From the NCBI GenBank assembly GCA_025059875.1, contig JANXCT010000002.1, positions 87,910 through 151,909 on the forward strand: a stretch of 64,000 nucleotides of DNA, read 5' to 3'. Positions within the stretch are counted from its first letter, which is position 1. The number at the start of each line of letters is the position of its first letter. The DNA comes from Candidatus Kapaibacterium sp. GTDB lineage: Bacteria; Bacteroidota; Ignavibacteria; Kapaibacteriales; HRBIN21. Made by a program: the position numbers and the translations under genes. Shown one piece after another: positions 1 to 9,928 of the stretch. The notes under the pieces are model-generated. The model was not told the DNA's origin and ran no database searches. It saw only the letters and a list, made by a program, of their open reading frames with translations.

Positions 1-1
1 T

Positions 2-259
2 TTCAGCACCCACGTCATTACGCCGTTCGGCGGAACAGGGCTGTGGCGTGCGGTCTACTATAGCGTCCTAATTTCGCACTCCGTTCTAGCAGCCAGTGTG
101 CCGGCATTGGCTATCATAACGCTGTGGCGGGCAGTGCGAAACGACCTCCGTCGCCATCGTGCGATTGCTCGATGGACCTTCCCGATTTGGCTCTATGTCT
201 CCGTTACAGGCGTGCTCATCTACCTGATGCTCTACCACTTGTTTCCGGCGTCTGCATGA
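2..259 (+). CDS. DUF420 (YozB/CtaM-like) membrane protein, 5'-truncated by the window edge
   Basis: Not in ORF track. Frame 2 reads ...YYSVLISHSVLAA...HRAIARWTFPIWLYVSVTGVLIYLMLY..., the typical DUF420 C-terminus, with TGA at 257-259. Confidence 0.85.
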   Translation, partial: FSTHVITPFGGTGLWRAVYYSVLISHSVLAASVPALAIITLWRAVRNDLRRHRAIARWTFPIWLYVSVTGVLIYLMLYHLFPASA

Positions 260-286
260 CGATGTCGGGCTCAATGGTGATGGACG

Positions 287-1009
287 ATGTTTACGCCAAG
301 CGTTGACCGCCGAATCAAGCACATCATCCTCGGTACCGCCGGTACTGTGCTAACGGCAGCAGTTGTGACGTACTTCGGCATGCACAACCGCGTAACCGAC
401 GTTGGCTACCGGCCGCAACAGCCCGTGCCATTCTCGCACAAGCTGCACGTTGGCGAATTGGGAATCAAATGCATTTACTGCCATGCTGGAGTAGAGCGTT
501 CGGCGGTCTCGCCCATCCCCACAGCAAGCTCATGCATGGGATGCCATACTGTCGTCAGGGCGGAGAGTCCGAAGCTAGCTCTCGTGCGAGAAGCTTACGA
601 GACAGGGAAGCCAATCGAGTGGCGCCGTGTCCATAAGCTGCCAGACTACGTCCACTTCAACCATGCCCGGCACATTCGGGCAGGAATCGATTGCGCCTCC
701 TGCCACGGACCTGTTGAACGCATGGGGGTCGTTTCGCAAGTGGCACCGCTCAGCATGGGATGGTGCCTGGATTGCCATCGCAATCCCGAGAAGCACATCA
801 TCCCGGCACGTCCCATCTCCGGTATCTTCACAGGACTCCCCGAACAAAAGCAGCCTGTGAGGAAGGTAAAGCTTGCTGAGAGCCGGCCGGTCACTAACCC
901 GCCGTACGGGATGTGGCAGACGCCAGTACCAGCGCAGGTCATTCCTGGAGTGCCCACACCCAAACTACCGGGACGTGGCCCTGAGAATTGTTCAGCTTGC
1001 CATTACTGA
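287..1009 (+). CDS. actA: Alternative complex III pentaheme cytochrome c subunit
   Basis: N-terminal TM helix, PQQPVPFSHKLH, five CxxCH motifs (CIYCH, CMGCH, CASCH, CLDCH, CSACH). First gene of an act cluster. Confidence 0.93.
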   Translation: MFTPSVDRRIKHIILGTAGTVLTAAVVTYFGMHNRVTDVGYRPQQPVPFSHKLHVGELGIKCIYCHAGVERSAVSPIPTASSCMGCHTVVRAESPKLALVREAYETGKPIEWRRVHKLPDYVHFNHARHIRAGIDCASCHGPVERMGVVSQVAPLSMGWCLDCHRNPEKHIIPARPISGIFTGLPEQKQPVRKVKLAESRPVTNPPYGMWQTPVPAQVIPGVPTPKLPGRGPENCSACHY

Positions 1010-1036
1010 TGTAGGGCAACTGCGAGGACCTGCTCA

Positions 1037-4024
1037 ATGCAGCAGCACCTTTGGCGGAGCCTTCAGGACTTCACAGAACTGTCACCGTCCGATCCATGGG
1101 AAGAGCTGCCGGAGCCGTTGCCGGAAGCGGGAGTCAGTCGCCGCCAGTTCCTAAAGCTGGCTTCACTCGGGACAGCGATGGCAGCGATTGCTGCTGGATG
1201 CCGTCGTCCTGACCACAAACTCGTCCCGGCAGTAGCAGCTCCCGAATACCAGATCCCTGGCCTACCACTGTTCTACGCAACCGCTTTCCAGCACAAGAAC
1301 GCTGCCTATGGGCTGGTAGCAAAGTGCCGCGAAGGTCGGCCCATCAAACTTGAAGGTAACGAGCGTCATCCGATGAGTCTGGGAGCTTCCTCCGCTTATG
1401 CACAGGCGCTGCTCTATACCCTCTACGATCCTGACCGAATTCGCCGAGTTCGGATGGGTAAGCAGCGCTCCACTCCTCTGAAGGCCGCTCTGCAAGCGAT
1501 AGCCGAGAAGCTCCAGCAGGTCCAGCAGCAAGGGAAGCTGTGCTACCTCTGCATTGAAGAGCACTGCTCGCCAAGCTACGATGCACTGCTACAGGAGCTC
1601 CAGCGCCGCTTCTCATGGCTGCGAGTTGTCGTGCTCCCAAGCTTCCTGGCTGACACAGCTGCGGCCCTCAACGCGGAGGTGTTAGGTATCCCTGCAGAGT
1701 TCGTTCCGCACTTGGGTCGGGCTGATTACATCCTGAGCGTAGAGGCCGACTTTCTAGGGATTGACCGCTATGCAGTATGGCACACGCACAACTTCGCCCA
1801 GCGGCGACGGCTGCAGTCTCGACAGGACACCATGAACCGCCTCGTAGCTGTCGAGGCACTGATGACCCTGACGGGCACGAATGCAGACTCTCGGCTCCGG
1901 ATGCATCCGGCTGCGTTTGAAGGCTTTTTGGCATCTATCCTCCTAGAGCTTGCTCTCTCTCGGCCAGTCCCTGAACCTGTGCGTCAGGCTGCTTCCCGAA
2001 TCCCTGCTGCTTATGCAGAGAAGGCACAGCAGATAGCCCAAGAGCTCCTTCGTTCTGGCGAGCGAGCTGTTGTCCTGGTAGGTGCGCATTTGCCGCGGAC
2101 AGTTCACGCTTTAGCACTGGCAATCAATACTGCTCTGGGCAGTGTGGGAGAGGGGAAGGTGCTCGATCCTGCCTACACACTGCCTAACAGCTTTCCGAAA
2201 GAGTCCGAGCTAACACGCTTCCGGCAAGATTTGCGTGAAGGGCGTGTCGGTGCACTCCTCTTCGCGAACGTTAACCCAGAGTACAGCGCTGACTGGGAAC
2301 TCCAGCGTCTAATTGCCACAGTACCATGGCGGATTGCACTGTCACTCTACCACGACGAGACGGCAGCTAACTGCTGGATCCACATCCCGGTCGCACACCC
2401 CTTAGAATCGTGGGGGGATGTCATGGCTGCGGATGGCAGCCTGAGTGTCCAGCAGCCGCTAATAGCTCCCCTCAACGAGGGGATTGGGTCGATACAGGAT
2501 GTCCTCATCCTCCTGGCTCAGCAACTGGACACCTCGGCCTTTGCTGGGGTGAAGAGCTACTACGATTTCCTGCGTCAGCGCTGGCAATCGAACTACGGCG
2601 TTACGGATGCGCAGTGGGAGAACATCCTACGTGAGGGGGTCTTTGTACCGCCGCGGCGGCCTGTGCCAACGCTCCGCTTTTCGGCAGCAGCGCTGGCAGC
2701 GGCTATTAGTCCATCGGGACTTAGCCGGGAAGGGCTGCTTGCTATCGCCTTGCCGGCCTACGGGATTTACGACGGCTCCTTCGCTAACTGCGCCTGGCTG
2801 CAGGAGCTGCCTGACCCAGTCTCTAAGCTCGTGTGGGACAACGTTGCTGCGATGAGCCCTGGAACGGCATATCGACTCGGCCTTTCAACGGAGGACGTTG
2901 TTCAGCTTCGCGTGGGAGATGTCAGCATCAAGCTCCCAGTCTGGGTTCAGCCAGGTATGGCAGATGGGGTCATCCTAACGCAGCTCGGCTATGGACGCCG
3001 GGAGGGTGGGGAGGTACTTAGAGGAGTTGGCCAGAACACGTATCCGCTCTTGCCGCAAGGGAGGTTAAGCTATGTCGTGGTGAGCCTTGAGCCACTGAGA
3101 GAGCGATACCCCCTGGCAACGACCCAGCACCATGCTCGACTCTATGGACGCCCAATTGTCCGAGTAACGACGTTGGCTGAGTACCAGTCCCCAGAGGGCC
3201 CACGCTTTGAGGAGCCGAAGTTTCCAGGCTACCCCTCACCGGACGGCCGGTATCGCATTCCACTAACAATTGTGCCTCCATATGAGTACAAGGGCCACCG
3301 GTGGGGGATGGTGATCGACATGAATACTTGCACCGGTTGTGGGGCCTGCATCATTGCCTGTCAGGCAGAGAACAACATTCCGACAGTTGGCAAAGAGGAA
3401 GTCCGGCGGGGGAGGGAGATGCATTGGATCCGGATAGACCGGTACTACCTTGGCTCCCCAGACGCCCCATGGGTGGTGCATCAGCCGATGCTGTGTCAAC
3501 ACTGCGAGAATGCCCCCTGCGAAAATGTTTGCCCCGTAGCCGCAACTACTCACAGTCCAGAGGGGCTCAATGAGATGACCTACAACCGCTGCGTTGGTAC
3601 TCGGTACTGCTTGAACAATTGCCCCTACAAGGTGCGTCGCTTCAACTTCCTGGATTACCATACCGACCGGCGACCACCGAAGGAGATGCTCTTCAATCCC
3701 GACGTCACTGTGCGCATGCGTGGCATTATGGAGAAGTGTACCTTCTGCGTCCAGCGCATCAACGAGGCAAAATACCATGCGAAAGATGAGGGACGAGAGC
3801 GTGTCCGGGATGGTGAAGTCCTCACAGCCTGTCAGCAAGCATGTCCTGCAGGAGCGATCATCTTCGGAGATATGAACGACCCGCAGAGCAAAGTTGCTCA
3901 GCTGCGGCTGAATGATCGTGGATACCACGTGTTAGAGGAGCTTAACGTGCGTCCATCCGTAACCTACCTTGCAAAGGTGTGGAACGTGCAGCCAGAGGAA
4001 GTCTCCCAAGTCAGAACAGCATAG
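1037..4024 (+). CDS. actB: Alternative complex III subunit B (molybdopterin-oxidoreductase-like domain + Fe-S domain)
   Basis: Tat motif SRRQFLK and lipobox-like [13 protein letters not shown], then Fe-S motifs [39 protein letters not shown]...CQQAC. Confidence 0.93.
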   Translation: MQQHLWRSLQDFTELSPSDPWEELPEPLPEAGVSRRQFLKLASLGTAMAAIAAGCRRPDHKLVPAVAAPEYQIPGLPLFYATAFQHKNAAYGLVAKCREGRPIKLEGNERHPMSLGASSAYAQALLYTLYDPDRIRRVRMGKQRSTPLKAALQAIAEKLQQVQQQGKLCYLCIEEHCSPSYDALLQELQRRFSWLRVVVLPSFLADTAAALNAEVLGIPAEFVPHLGRADYILSVEADFLGIDRYAVWHTHNFAQRRRLQSRQDTMNRLVAVEALMTLTGTNADSRLRMHPAAFEGFLASILLELALSRPVPEPVRQAASRIPAAYAEKAQQIAQELLRSGERAVVLVGAHLPRTVHALALAINTALGSVGEGKVLDPAYTLPNSFPKESELTRFRQDLREGRVGALLFANVNPEYSADWELQRLIATVPWRIALSLYHDETAANCWIHIPVAHPLESWGDVMAADGSLSVQQPLIAPLNEGIGSIQDVLILLAQQLDTSAFAGVKSYYDFLRQRWQSNYGVTDAQWENILREGVFVPPRRPVPTLRFSAAALAAAISPSGLSREGLLAIALPAYGIYDGSFANCAWLQELPDPVSKLVWDNVAAMSPGTAYRLGLSTEDVVQLRVGDVSIKLPVWVQPGMADGVILTQLGYGRREGGEVLRGVGQNTYPLLPQGRLSYVVVSLEPLRERYPLATTQHHARLYGRPIVRVTTLAEYQSPEGPRFEEPKFPGYPSPDGRYRIPLTIVPPYEYKGHRWGMVIDMNTCTGCGACIIACQAENNIPTVGKEEVRRGREMHWIRIDRYYLGSPDAPWVVHQPMLCQHCENAPCENVCPVAATTHSPEGLNEMTYNRCVGTRYCLNNCPYKVRRFNFLDYHTDRRPPKEMLFNPDVTVRMRGIMEKCTFCVQRINEAKYHAKDEGRERVRDGEVLTACQQACPAGAIIFGDMNDPQSKVAQLRLNDRGYHVLEELNVRPSVTYLAKVWNVQPEEVSQVRTA

Positions 4025-4025
4025 C

Positions 4026-5429
4026 ATGGCACAGATCGCTGTAGAGACTACTCCAAGGGTTGACCATGAACCCTTACGGGAGAGCCTAGTCCTTGGGAAC
4101 CCGACCCTCCACGATGTAACGGAGAAAATCGCTGGGATCATAGAGCGACCGCCTACCTGGAAGTATTGGCTCACACTATCGATTACGGGGCTAGCCGCTG
4201 CCTGGGGAATCTTCTGCATTGGGTATACGATTGCAACGGGCATCGGTGTCTGGGGGCTCAATAACCCCGTAGCATGGGGGTGGGACATCACGAACTTCGT
4301 CTGGTGGATCGGTATTGGTCATGCCGGTACCCTCATTTCGGCCATCCTTCACCTCTTCCGCCAGCGCTGGCGTACGGCCATCAACCGCTCTGCCGAGGCG
4401 ATGACCATCTTTGCCGTCATCTGTGCTGGGTTATTCCCCCTCATCCATCTTGGCCGACCATGGTTTGCCTACTGGCTGCTCCCATATCCTAACCAGATGT
4501 ACATGTGGGTGAACTTTCGCTCGCCCCTAATCTGGGACGTGTTTGCAGTGTCTACATACTTGACGGTGTCCATTCTCTTTTGGTACCTCGGGCTATTGCC
4601 AGATCTGGCTACAGTTCGGAACTTCGTGCAGCGTCGCTTGCCGAAGGCGATCTACTCCTTCTTCAGCCTCGGGTGGGTTGGAGCAGCTCGCCATTGGCAG
4701 CACTACGAGATTGCATACCTCATCTTGGCAGCTATCTCTACACCGCTAGTCCTCTCCGTCCACAGCGTCGTATCGTTCGATTTCGCCGTCTCCATCTTGC
4801 CGGGGTGGCACACCACGATCTTTCCACCGTACTTTGTTGCTGGCGCTATCTTTTCCGGATTTGCAATGGTGCTCACCCTGGTGTTGATCGCCCGCTGGGT
4901 CCTGAATCTACAGGACTTCATCACGCTGAAGCACATTGATAACATGAACCGAATCCTCCTCGCCACCGGCATGATGGTAGGCTACGCCTACGCAATGGAG
5001 TTCTTCGTCGCGATGTATAGCGGTAACGAGTATGAGCGGTATGTCTTCCTCAACCGCGCCTTCGGTCCATATGGGTGGGCATACTGGGCGATGGTATTCT
5101 GCAACGTCGCTGTTCCCCAGCTCTTCTGGTCGCGGCGCCTCCGGCGGAACATCGTCGTTACCTTCATCGCCTCCATCCTTGTGAACATCGGGATGTGGTT
5201 TGAGCGCTTTGTCATCATCGTCTCCTCACTCCACCACGACTTCCTGCCGGCCAGCTGGGGGTACTACGCGCCGACCTGGGTGGAGGTGTCCATCTACGTT
5301 GGGACGTTGGGCATCTTCTTCACGCTCTTCTTGCTGTTTGCGAAGTATGTCCCCATCATTGCCATCTCGGAAGTCAAGGCCATACTCCCTCGGTCACAGC
5401 CTCAGCACCATGTACCAGTAGCTGCTTAG
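4026..5429 (+). CDS. actC: Alternative complex III quinol-binding NrfD/PsrC-family subunit
   Basis: [25 protein letters not shown] and HLGRPW, polytopic membrane protein. Start moved to ATG 4026, just after the actB stop. Confidence 0.93.
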   Translation: MAQIAVETTPRVDHEPLRESLVLGNPTLHDVTEKIAGIIERPPTWKYWLTLSITGLAAAWGIFCIGYTIATGIGVWGLNNPVAWGWDITNFVWWIGIGHAGTLISAILHLFRQRWRTAINRSAEAMTIFAVICAGLFPLIHLGRPWFAYWLLPYPNQMYMWVNFRSPLIWDVFAVSTYLTVSILFWYLGLLPDLATVRNFVQRRLPKAIYSFFSLGWVGAARHWQHYEIAYLILAAISTPLVLSVHSVVSFDFAVSILPGWHTTIFPPYFVAGAIFSGFAMVLTLVLIARWVLNLQDFITLKHIDNMNRILLATGMMVGYAYAMEFFVAMYSGNEYERYVFLNRAFGPYGWAYWAMVFCNVAVPQLFWSRRLRRNIVVTFIASILVNIGMWFERFVIIVSSLHHDFLPASWGYYAPTWVEVSIYVGTLGIFFTLFLLFAKYVPIIAISEVKAILPRSQPQHHVPVAA

Positions 5430-5436
5430 GCTACGA

Positions 5437-5976
5437 ATGGTAGCGAAGCCCAAACCTCTAGCCGTCATGGGGAACTACAAGGACCCTGATGCCCTGCTAC
5501 AAGCCGTGGTAGAGATCCGCAAGGCAGGCTACCGGCACTTTGAGGTCTACACGCCGTATCCTATCCACGGGCTGGAGCAGGCAATGGGATTGCAGCGTAG
5601 TCGGCTATCTTACATTTCTCTGTTTGGTGGGTTGGCTGGTTTAGGAACAGCCCTCTTACTGCAGTGGTGGACTGGCGCCGTTGACTACCCCCTCAACATC
5701 GGTGGGAAGCCCTTTTTTGCATGGGAATTCTCCGTTCCGGTCAACTTTGAGCTAACCGTCCTCTTTACGGCATTTGCCACAGTCATTGGCTTCCTCTGGT
5801 TGTGCCGGCTACCTCGCTGGTACTCGGACTACCAGCATGATGCTGGCTTCCGGGCTGCAACGGACGACACGTTCGTTGTGAGTATAGAGAGTCGTGACCC
5901 GCTGTTCTCCATAGAGGAGACCCGAGCGCTCTTAGAGCGTCTTGGAGCAGAGAGTGTGCGCTTAGTCGAGGCGTAG
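5437..5976 (+). CDS. actD: Alternative complex III subunit D (DUF3341)
   Basis: YTPYPIHGL, DYPLNIGGKP, PVNFELTVLF, two TM helices, position after actC. Confidence 0.9.
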   Translation: MVAKPKPLAVMGNYKDPDALLQAVVEIRKAGYRHFEVYTPYPIHGLEQAMGLQRSRLSYISLFGGLAGLGTALLLQWWTGAVDYPLNIGGKPFFAWEFSVPVNFELTVLFTAFATVIGFLWLCRLPRWYSDYQHDAGFRAATDDTFVVSIESRDPLFSIEETRALLERLGAESVRLVEA

Positions 5977-5980
5977 TGCG

Positions 5981-6619
5981 ATGGAAGCGTTCCGTCGGAT
6001 TCGGTGGTGGTACATCCCGATCGGCATCGTAGGCATTGCTTTCGTGGGGTTCTGGATTCTTGTCTTTTCGGGTCAGAAGACATGGTTTTCGGAACACCCG
6101 CCACTGCAAATCATCTCTGATATGGATGACCAATTCCGCGTTGACCCGTTGGAGGCCTCTCGCTTCTTTGCAGATCGTAGCTCCTTCCGCATACCACCTG
6201 AGCACACTGTCCCCCGAGATGCACGATCCTATCCGCTAGGACAGGCCGATGTCACGAAAGCGGAAGAGCTCTTCCCGCAGGCTCCATTCCCGGTGAACGA
6301 CTATGTCCTTGCGTACGGCCGCAACCGCTATGACATTTTCTGCAGTCCATGCCACGGCGTGGATGGGAAAGGGAACGGACCTGTCGTCCAGCGTGGCTTC
6401 GTAGCTCCACCGGACCTAACCCGCCCGCAAGCACAAGCATACAGCGATGCTCGTATCTTCCATGTCATCAGTGCTGGGCAAAACATTATGCCCTCCTATG
6501 CGAGCAAGCTCGCCGAGCCAGAGCGCTGGGCGATTGTCTACTACATCCGCCAGCTCCAGCGGACGGCCAGCGGTGCTTCCGCTGCCCAGCTGTCAGTACC
6601 TGCACCACAGCATCAGTGA
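5981..6619 (+). CDS. actE: Alternative complex III monoheme cytochrome c subunit
   Basis: DMDDQ...FFADR...PPEHTVPR, single CSPCH, distal MPSYA, ERWAIVYYIRQLQ. Confidence 0.88.
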   Translation: MEAFRRIRWWYIPIGIVGIAFVGFWILVFSGQKTWFSEHPPLQIISDMDDQFRVDPLEASRFFADRSSFRIPPEHTVPRDARSYPLGQADVTKAEELFPQAPFPVNDYVLAYGRNRYDIFCSPCHGVDGKGNGPVVQRGFVAPPDLTRPQAQAYSDARIFHVISAGQNIMPSYASKLAEPERWAIVYYIRQLQRTASGASAAQLSVPAPQHQ

Positions 6620-6639
6620 GTTAGAGGAACGAACCAGCA

Positions 6640-7845
6640 ATGGGCAGCCACCCATTCGTTTACGAAGTGCCGAGTCTCCAAGGGAGTCGATTCGTGCAGA
6701 CTCTGCAGCGCATAGGTACAGTCCTCTTGGTCATCGGACTGTTGGGAACTGCGTTTACTGCGGTACTAACACCCGAGCGGTTGGCACCGAGCTACATTCT
6801 CGGATTCTTCTACGTCCTCAGTATCGCAGTTACGGCTACCCTCCTAAGCGCTCTGCTCTTCTTAGTGAGGGCAGGGTGGAGCGCAACGGTACGCCGAAGC
6901 ATAGAGTTCGTTGCAGCGCCCCTGCCTCTCTTGCTCTTAGGACTGCTCCCTCTTGCTATCGCTCCTGGTCTTTTCTTCCACTGGATTCACGAGCTCCATG
7001 CTGGCGATCCAATCATCGCTAGCAAGGGTTGGTTTCTCAACGAACCTTTCCTCGCTGCTCGACTGATACTCTACGGAGTTGCGTGGGCCTTCATGTACTG
7101 CTCTGTCATTGGGAACTCTCTCCGCCAAGACCTCGCTCCGGAAGGGGATTATACCCCGACACTCCGTAACTTCCGACGGTCAGCCCTCTGGGTACTTGTG
7201 TATGCTTTGACCTTTACCTTCGCCTCGGTTGATCTCCTGATGGCCCTTGAGCCGCACTGGTACAGCACTATCTTCGGCGTTTACAGCTTTGCGGCCAGCT
7301 TTACGGCCACTCTTTCTGCTGTTATCCTTCTCGTGGTCGCTTTGCGGGAGCAGGGGTATTTGCGAGACTTCGTGACAGACGAGCACTACCACGACTTAGG
7401 GAAGCTCCTCTTTGCGTTCTGCATTTTCTGGGCATACATCGCTTTCTCGCAGTACATGCTGATCTGGTACGGGAATCTGCCAGAAGAGACGGTCTACTTT
7501 CTCAAGCGAATGGGGCAAGGGACATGGCAGATCTTCGGCATTTTCTTGCCAGCATTACGCTTCGTCCTTCCCTTTGTCCTCTTACTACGGCGGGATGCAA
7601 AGAGGAATCCTCGCATCCTCGTAGCAGCGGCCATCGCCGTGCTGCTTGGCCATTACGTTGACATTGCCTGGATCGTGCTGCCAGCATTCGCTCCAAGCCT
7701 ACGGTGGGGATGGCAGGAAGTAGGAGTGCTCACCGCATGGCTGGGCGTTGCACTCCTTTTAGTTGCCCGCCAGATGCAGCGTGTTCCTGCTGTCGCGTAC
7801 CGTGATCCGTACTTCCAGGAGTCCCTCCACACCGTTTCTGGATGA
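6640..7845 (+). CDS. actF: Alternative complex III membrane subunit F
   Basis: About 10 TM helices, PHWYSTIFG, HDLGKLLFAF, QYMLIWYGNLPEE. Confidence 0.9.
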   Translation: MGSHPFVYEVPSLQGSRFVQTLQRIGTVLLVIGLLGTAFTAVLTPERLAPSYILGFFYVLSIAVTATLLSALLFLVRAGWSATVRRSIEFVAAPLPLLLLGLLPLAIAPGLFFHWIHELHAGDPIIASKGWFLNEPFLAARLILYGVAWAFMYCSVIGNSLRQDLAPEGDYTPTLRNFRRSALWVLVYALTFTFASVDLLMALEPHWYSTIFGVYSFAASFTATLSAVILLVVALREQGYLRDFVTDEHYHDLGKLLFAFCIFWAYIAFSQYMLIWYGNLPEETVYFLKRMGQGTWQIFGIFLPALRFVLPFVLLLRRDAKRNPRILVAAAIAVLLGHYVDIAWIVLPAFAPSLRWGWQEVGVLTAWLGVALLLVARQMQRVPAVAYRDPYFQESLHTVSG

Positions 7846-8903
7846 ATCCCACAGAGCAGACTGCTCTGAGCGTTTTAGGGGCCATAGGAATAGCGGCAGG
7901 TGGGTGGATCGCCGATTTCATCCTCTACCGCTTCCTTAAAGGAGTGGCTCGACGGACACAGTGGTGGTGGGGAAATGCGATAGCAGAGTCCCTTCGGAGG
8001 ACACTGTTTGCTAGTACCATAGTCGTCGCAGTCTTCTGGCTTGTCCGGTGGATCACGTTACCGGCATCGCTCATCCTGATCATGGACAGGGTCCTCTTAG
8101 TAGCAGGCATTGGAATTGCTACTGTCGCGTTGCTACGCTTTGCGATTCGTGCCGTACGCCATTGGCTCCATGCTACCGACAGTGGATTGCCAGCTGTTTC
8201 CATCCTGGTCAACGTTGTACGCCTGGGGATCATTATCGTTGCAGCTCTAATTGTGCTCCAGGTACTTGGGATCCCGATTGCACCGTTGCTAACAGCACTC
8301 GGAATTGGTGGACTAGCGTTAGCCTTAGCACTGCAGGACACGCTCTCCAACCTCTTCGCTGGGCTTCACATATTAGCAGCCCGACAAGTTCGTCCAGGTG
8401 ATTTCGTTCGGCTAGATACTGGGCATGAAGGGGTAGTGGAAGACGTCAACTGGCGCAACACCACGATCCGAACATTAGGCAACAACGTGGTGATCATCCC
8501 GAATAGTCGCCTTGCCAATGCTGTGCTCGTCAACTACCGAGTCCCAGAGCCGGAACTCTCGGTGACCGTTCCGATTCAAGTAGCTTACGGCAGCGATCTG
8601 GAACTCGTCGAAAGGGTGACCTTAGAAGTGGCACGTGGGGTTCAGCAGGAGGTCGAGGGCGCCGTGAGGGAGTTCCAGCCACTCGTTCGCCTTCAGGAGT
8701 TCACCGACTATGGTATCCGGCTGCTCGTCATCTTACGTGCTGAGAAGGCAGAAGACCAGTATCTCTTACGCCATGAATTCTTGAAGCGCCTCCTGGTTGC
8801 ATATCGCTCGGCAGGGATTGAAATACCGTTTCCTACGCATCGCGTTACTGGGGACCTGCAGGTGAGCTGGTCTCCTAGGGAGTTTCCACTTGGAACTGCG
8901 TAG
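7842..8903 (+). CDS. mscS: Small-conductance mechanosensitive channel (MscS family)
   Basis: LGIGGLALALALQDTLSNLFAG, RPGDFV, IIPNSRL, GIEIPFP. ATGA overlap with actF. Confidence 0.88.
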   Translation: MNPTEQTALSVLGAIGIAAGGWIADFILYRFLKGVARRTQWWWGNAIAESLRRTLFASTIVVAVFWLVRWITLPASLILIMDRVLLVAGIGIATVALLRFAIRAVRHWLHATDSGLPAVSILVNVVRLGIIIVAALIVLQVLGIPIAPLLTALGIGGLALALALQDTLSNLFAGLHILAARQVRPGDFVRLDTGHEGVVEDVNWRNTTIRTLGNNVVIIPNSRLANAVLVNYRVPEPELSVTVPIQVAYGSDLELVERVTLEVARGVQQEVEGAVREFQPLVRLQEFTDYGIRLLVILRAEKAEDQYLLRHEFLKRLLVAYRSAGIEIPFPTHRVTGDLQVSWSPREFPLGTA

Positions 8904-8909
8904 AGAGCT

Positions 8910-8937
8910 CAGACTGATAAGGGACATTATGTAAACT
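8910..8937 (+). other. dif-like XerC/XerD chromosome dimer resolution site
   Basis: CAGACTGATAA-GGGACA-TTATGTAAACT has the 11-6-11 layout with inner ATAA/TTAT. The right arm equals the B. subtilis dif right arm. Intergenic between convergent genes. Confidence 0.75.
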
Positions 8938-8981
8938 TCATGCTCCCGTCCATACTTCGTCCATGCTTCCCGACCTCTCCC

Positions 8982-9923
8982 TCAGAGCCAGAGAAGCACG
9001 TACTGGCGTTGCTCCCTGCCGGTACAGATCCGCAGTAGCAGAGGTTGTCCACGGACTGGGAGGCACAGATGCTGCCTGATGGTTCCCTCAGAGAGGCAGC
9101 GCCCTTCAACGGTGAAGATGCTGTAGCGTGCACCTCGGGCAATTCCTAGACTTCCTAGACCCTCAGCAGGCAGGCAGGGTTCACGGAGCAAGAGTTGGGA
9201 GCTTACGGTGGTGTAAGTCTCGGGAATAGACCGCACCTCTGTAGGAGAGCTCACCAGATACCGGCTCCCGATGGCGTCTAGGTCGAAGCCGCTCAAGGTT
9301 GGGTCCCAAAAGGGATGCTGCGGCTGCCGAGCTAGCCATATAGTGAGGTCGGTAATCCGAATGTAGCGCACAGAGTCAATGCTGAGAGCCTGTAGATCAA
9401 ACCAATCCCCACCACTCTGTGAAGGGTCAAGCAAGTCTTGAGCAGCGCCATTCGTTGGAGTCCTGCCCGCACAGCCCTCCAGAGTCAAGCTATCCCACAG
9501 GAAGCTCTGCCATGTAATTCCATCTTTGCTGACGCTGACCAGTGCTGGCTCAACGAAGACTCTGCCGCGAGGCGTCACGAAGGCATTCTCAAAGATTACG
9601 AAGTCGGGACCTGGTCCGTCCACGATAACCTTACCTCGGAATCCAACGACGATTTCGCCCCCCATGCCAAGCGAGAGGATTTGGTGGGGGTTAGCTGACG
9701 GCAAAGATGGCCGCGCTGCTGTATCGGGCGGGCCAAATATGTTCCGGGGGTAGTATGCGCTGTCTTGGCCAAAGTTCTGCCCACTGCCAGGCCGAAAGGC
9801 GACGACGGTGTCGATCCAGCCGCGCTCCCAGCGATATGCGCCCCCTGAAAACACTGGTACGCTGAGGGTATACACGGCTATCCATGTCTGCAGTAGTTTT
9901 GTACTCTGTAACCTCGGCAGCAT
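8982..9923 (-). CDS. Secreted cell-surface protein (BtuH-like/'cell surface protein' domain) with degenerate T9SS-like CTD
   Basis: LSLGMGGEIVVGF, DGPGPDFVIFENAF, EPALVSVSKDG, GFDLDAI. C-terminal YSIFTVEGR...LLLRI. Start placed at ATG 9923. Confidence 0.55.
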   Translation of the reverse strand: MLPRLQSTKLLQTWIAVYTLSVPVFSGGAYRWERGWIDTVVAFRPGSGQNFGQDSAYYPRNIFGPPDTAARPSLPSANPHQILSLGMGGEIVVGFRGKVIVDGPGPDFVIFENAFVTPRGRVFVEPALVSVSKDGITWQSFLWDSLTLEGCAGRTPTNGAAQDLLDPSQSGGDWFDLQALSIDSVRYIRITDLTIWLARQPQHPFWDPTLSGFDLDAIGSRYLVSSPTEVRSIPETYTTVSSQLLLREPCLPAEGLGSLGIARGARYSIFTVEGRCLSEGTIRQHLCLPVRGQPLLLRICTGREQRQYVLLWL

Positions 9924-9928
9924 TCCAG

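Noticed and set aside
3263..3928. 221-aa antisense ORF (and similar ones at 37006-37572, 43000-43551, 9808-10395)
   Set aside because: They lie within well-supported genes, show no motifs, and are expected in GC-rich DNA.
1037..4024. ActB as a stand-alone molybdoenzyme
   Set aside because: The act operon context and fused Fe-S domain identify ActB, which is known not to bind Moco.
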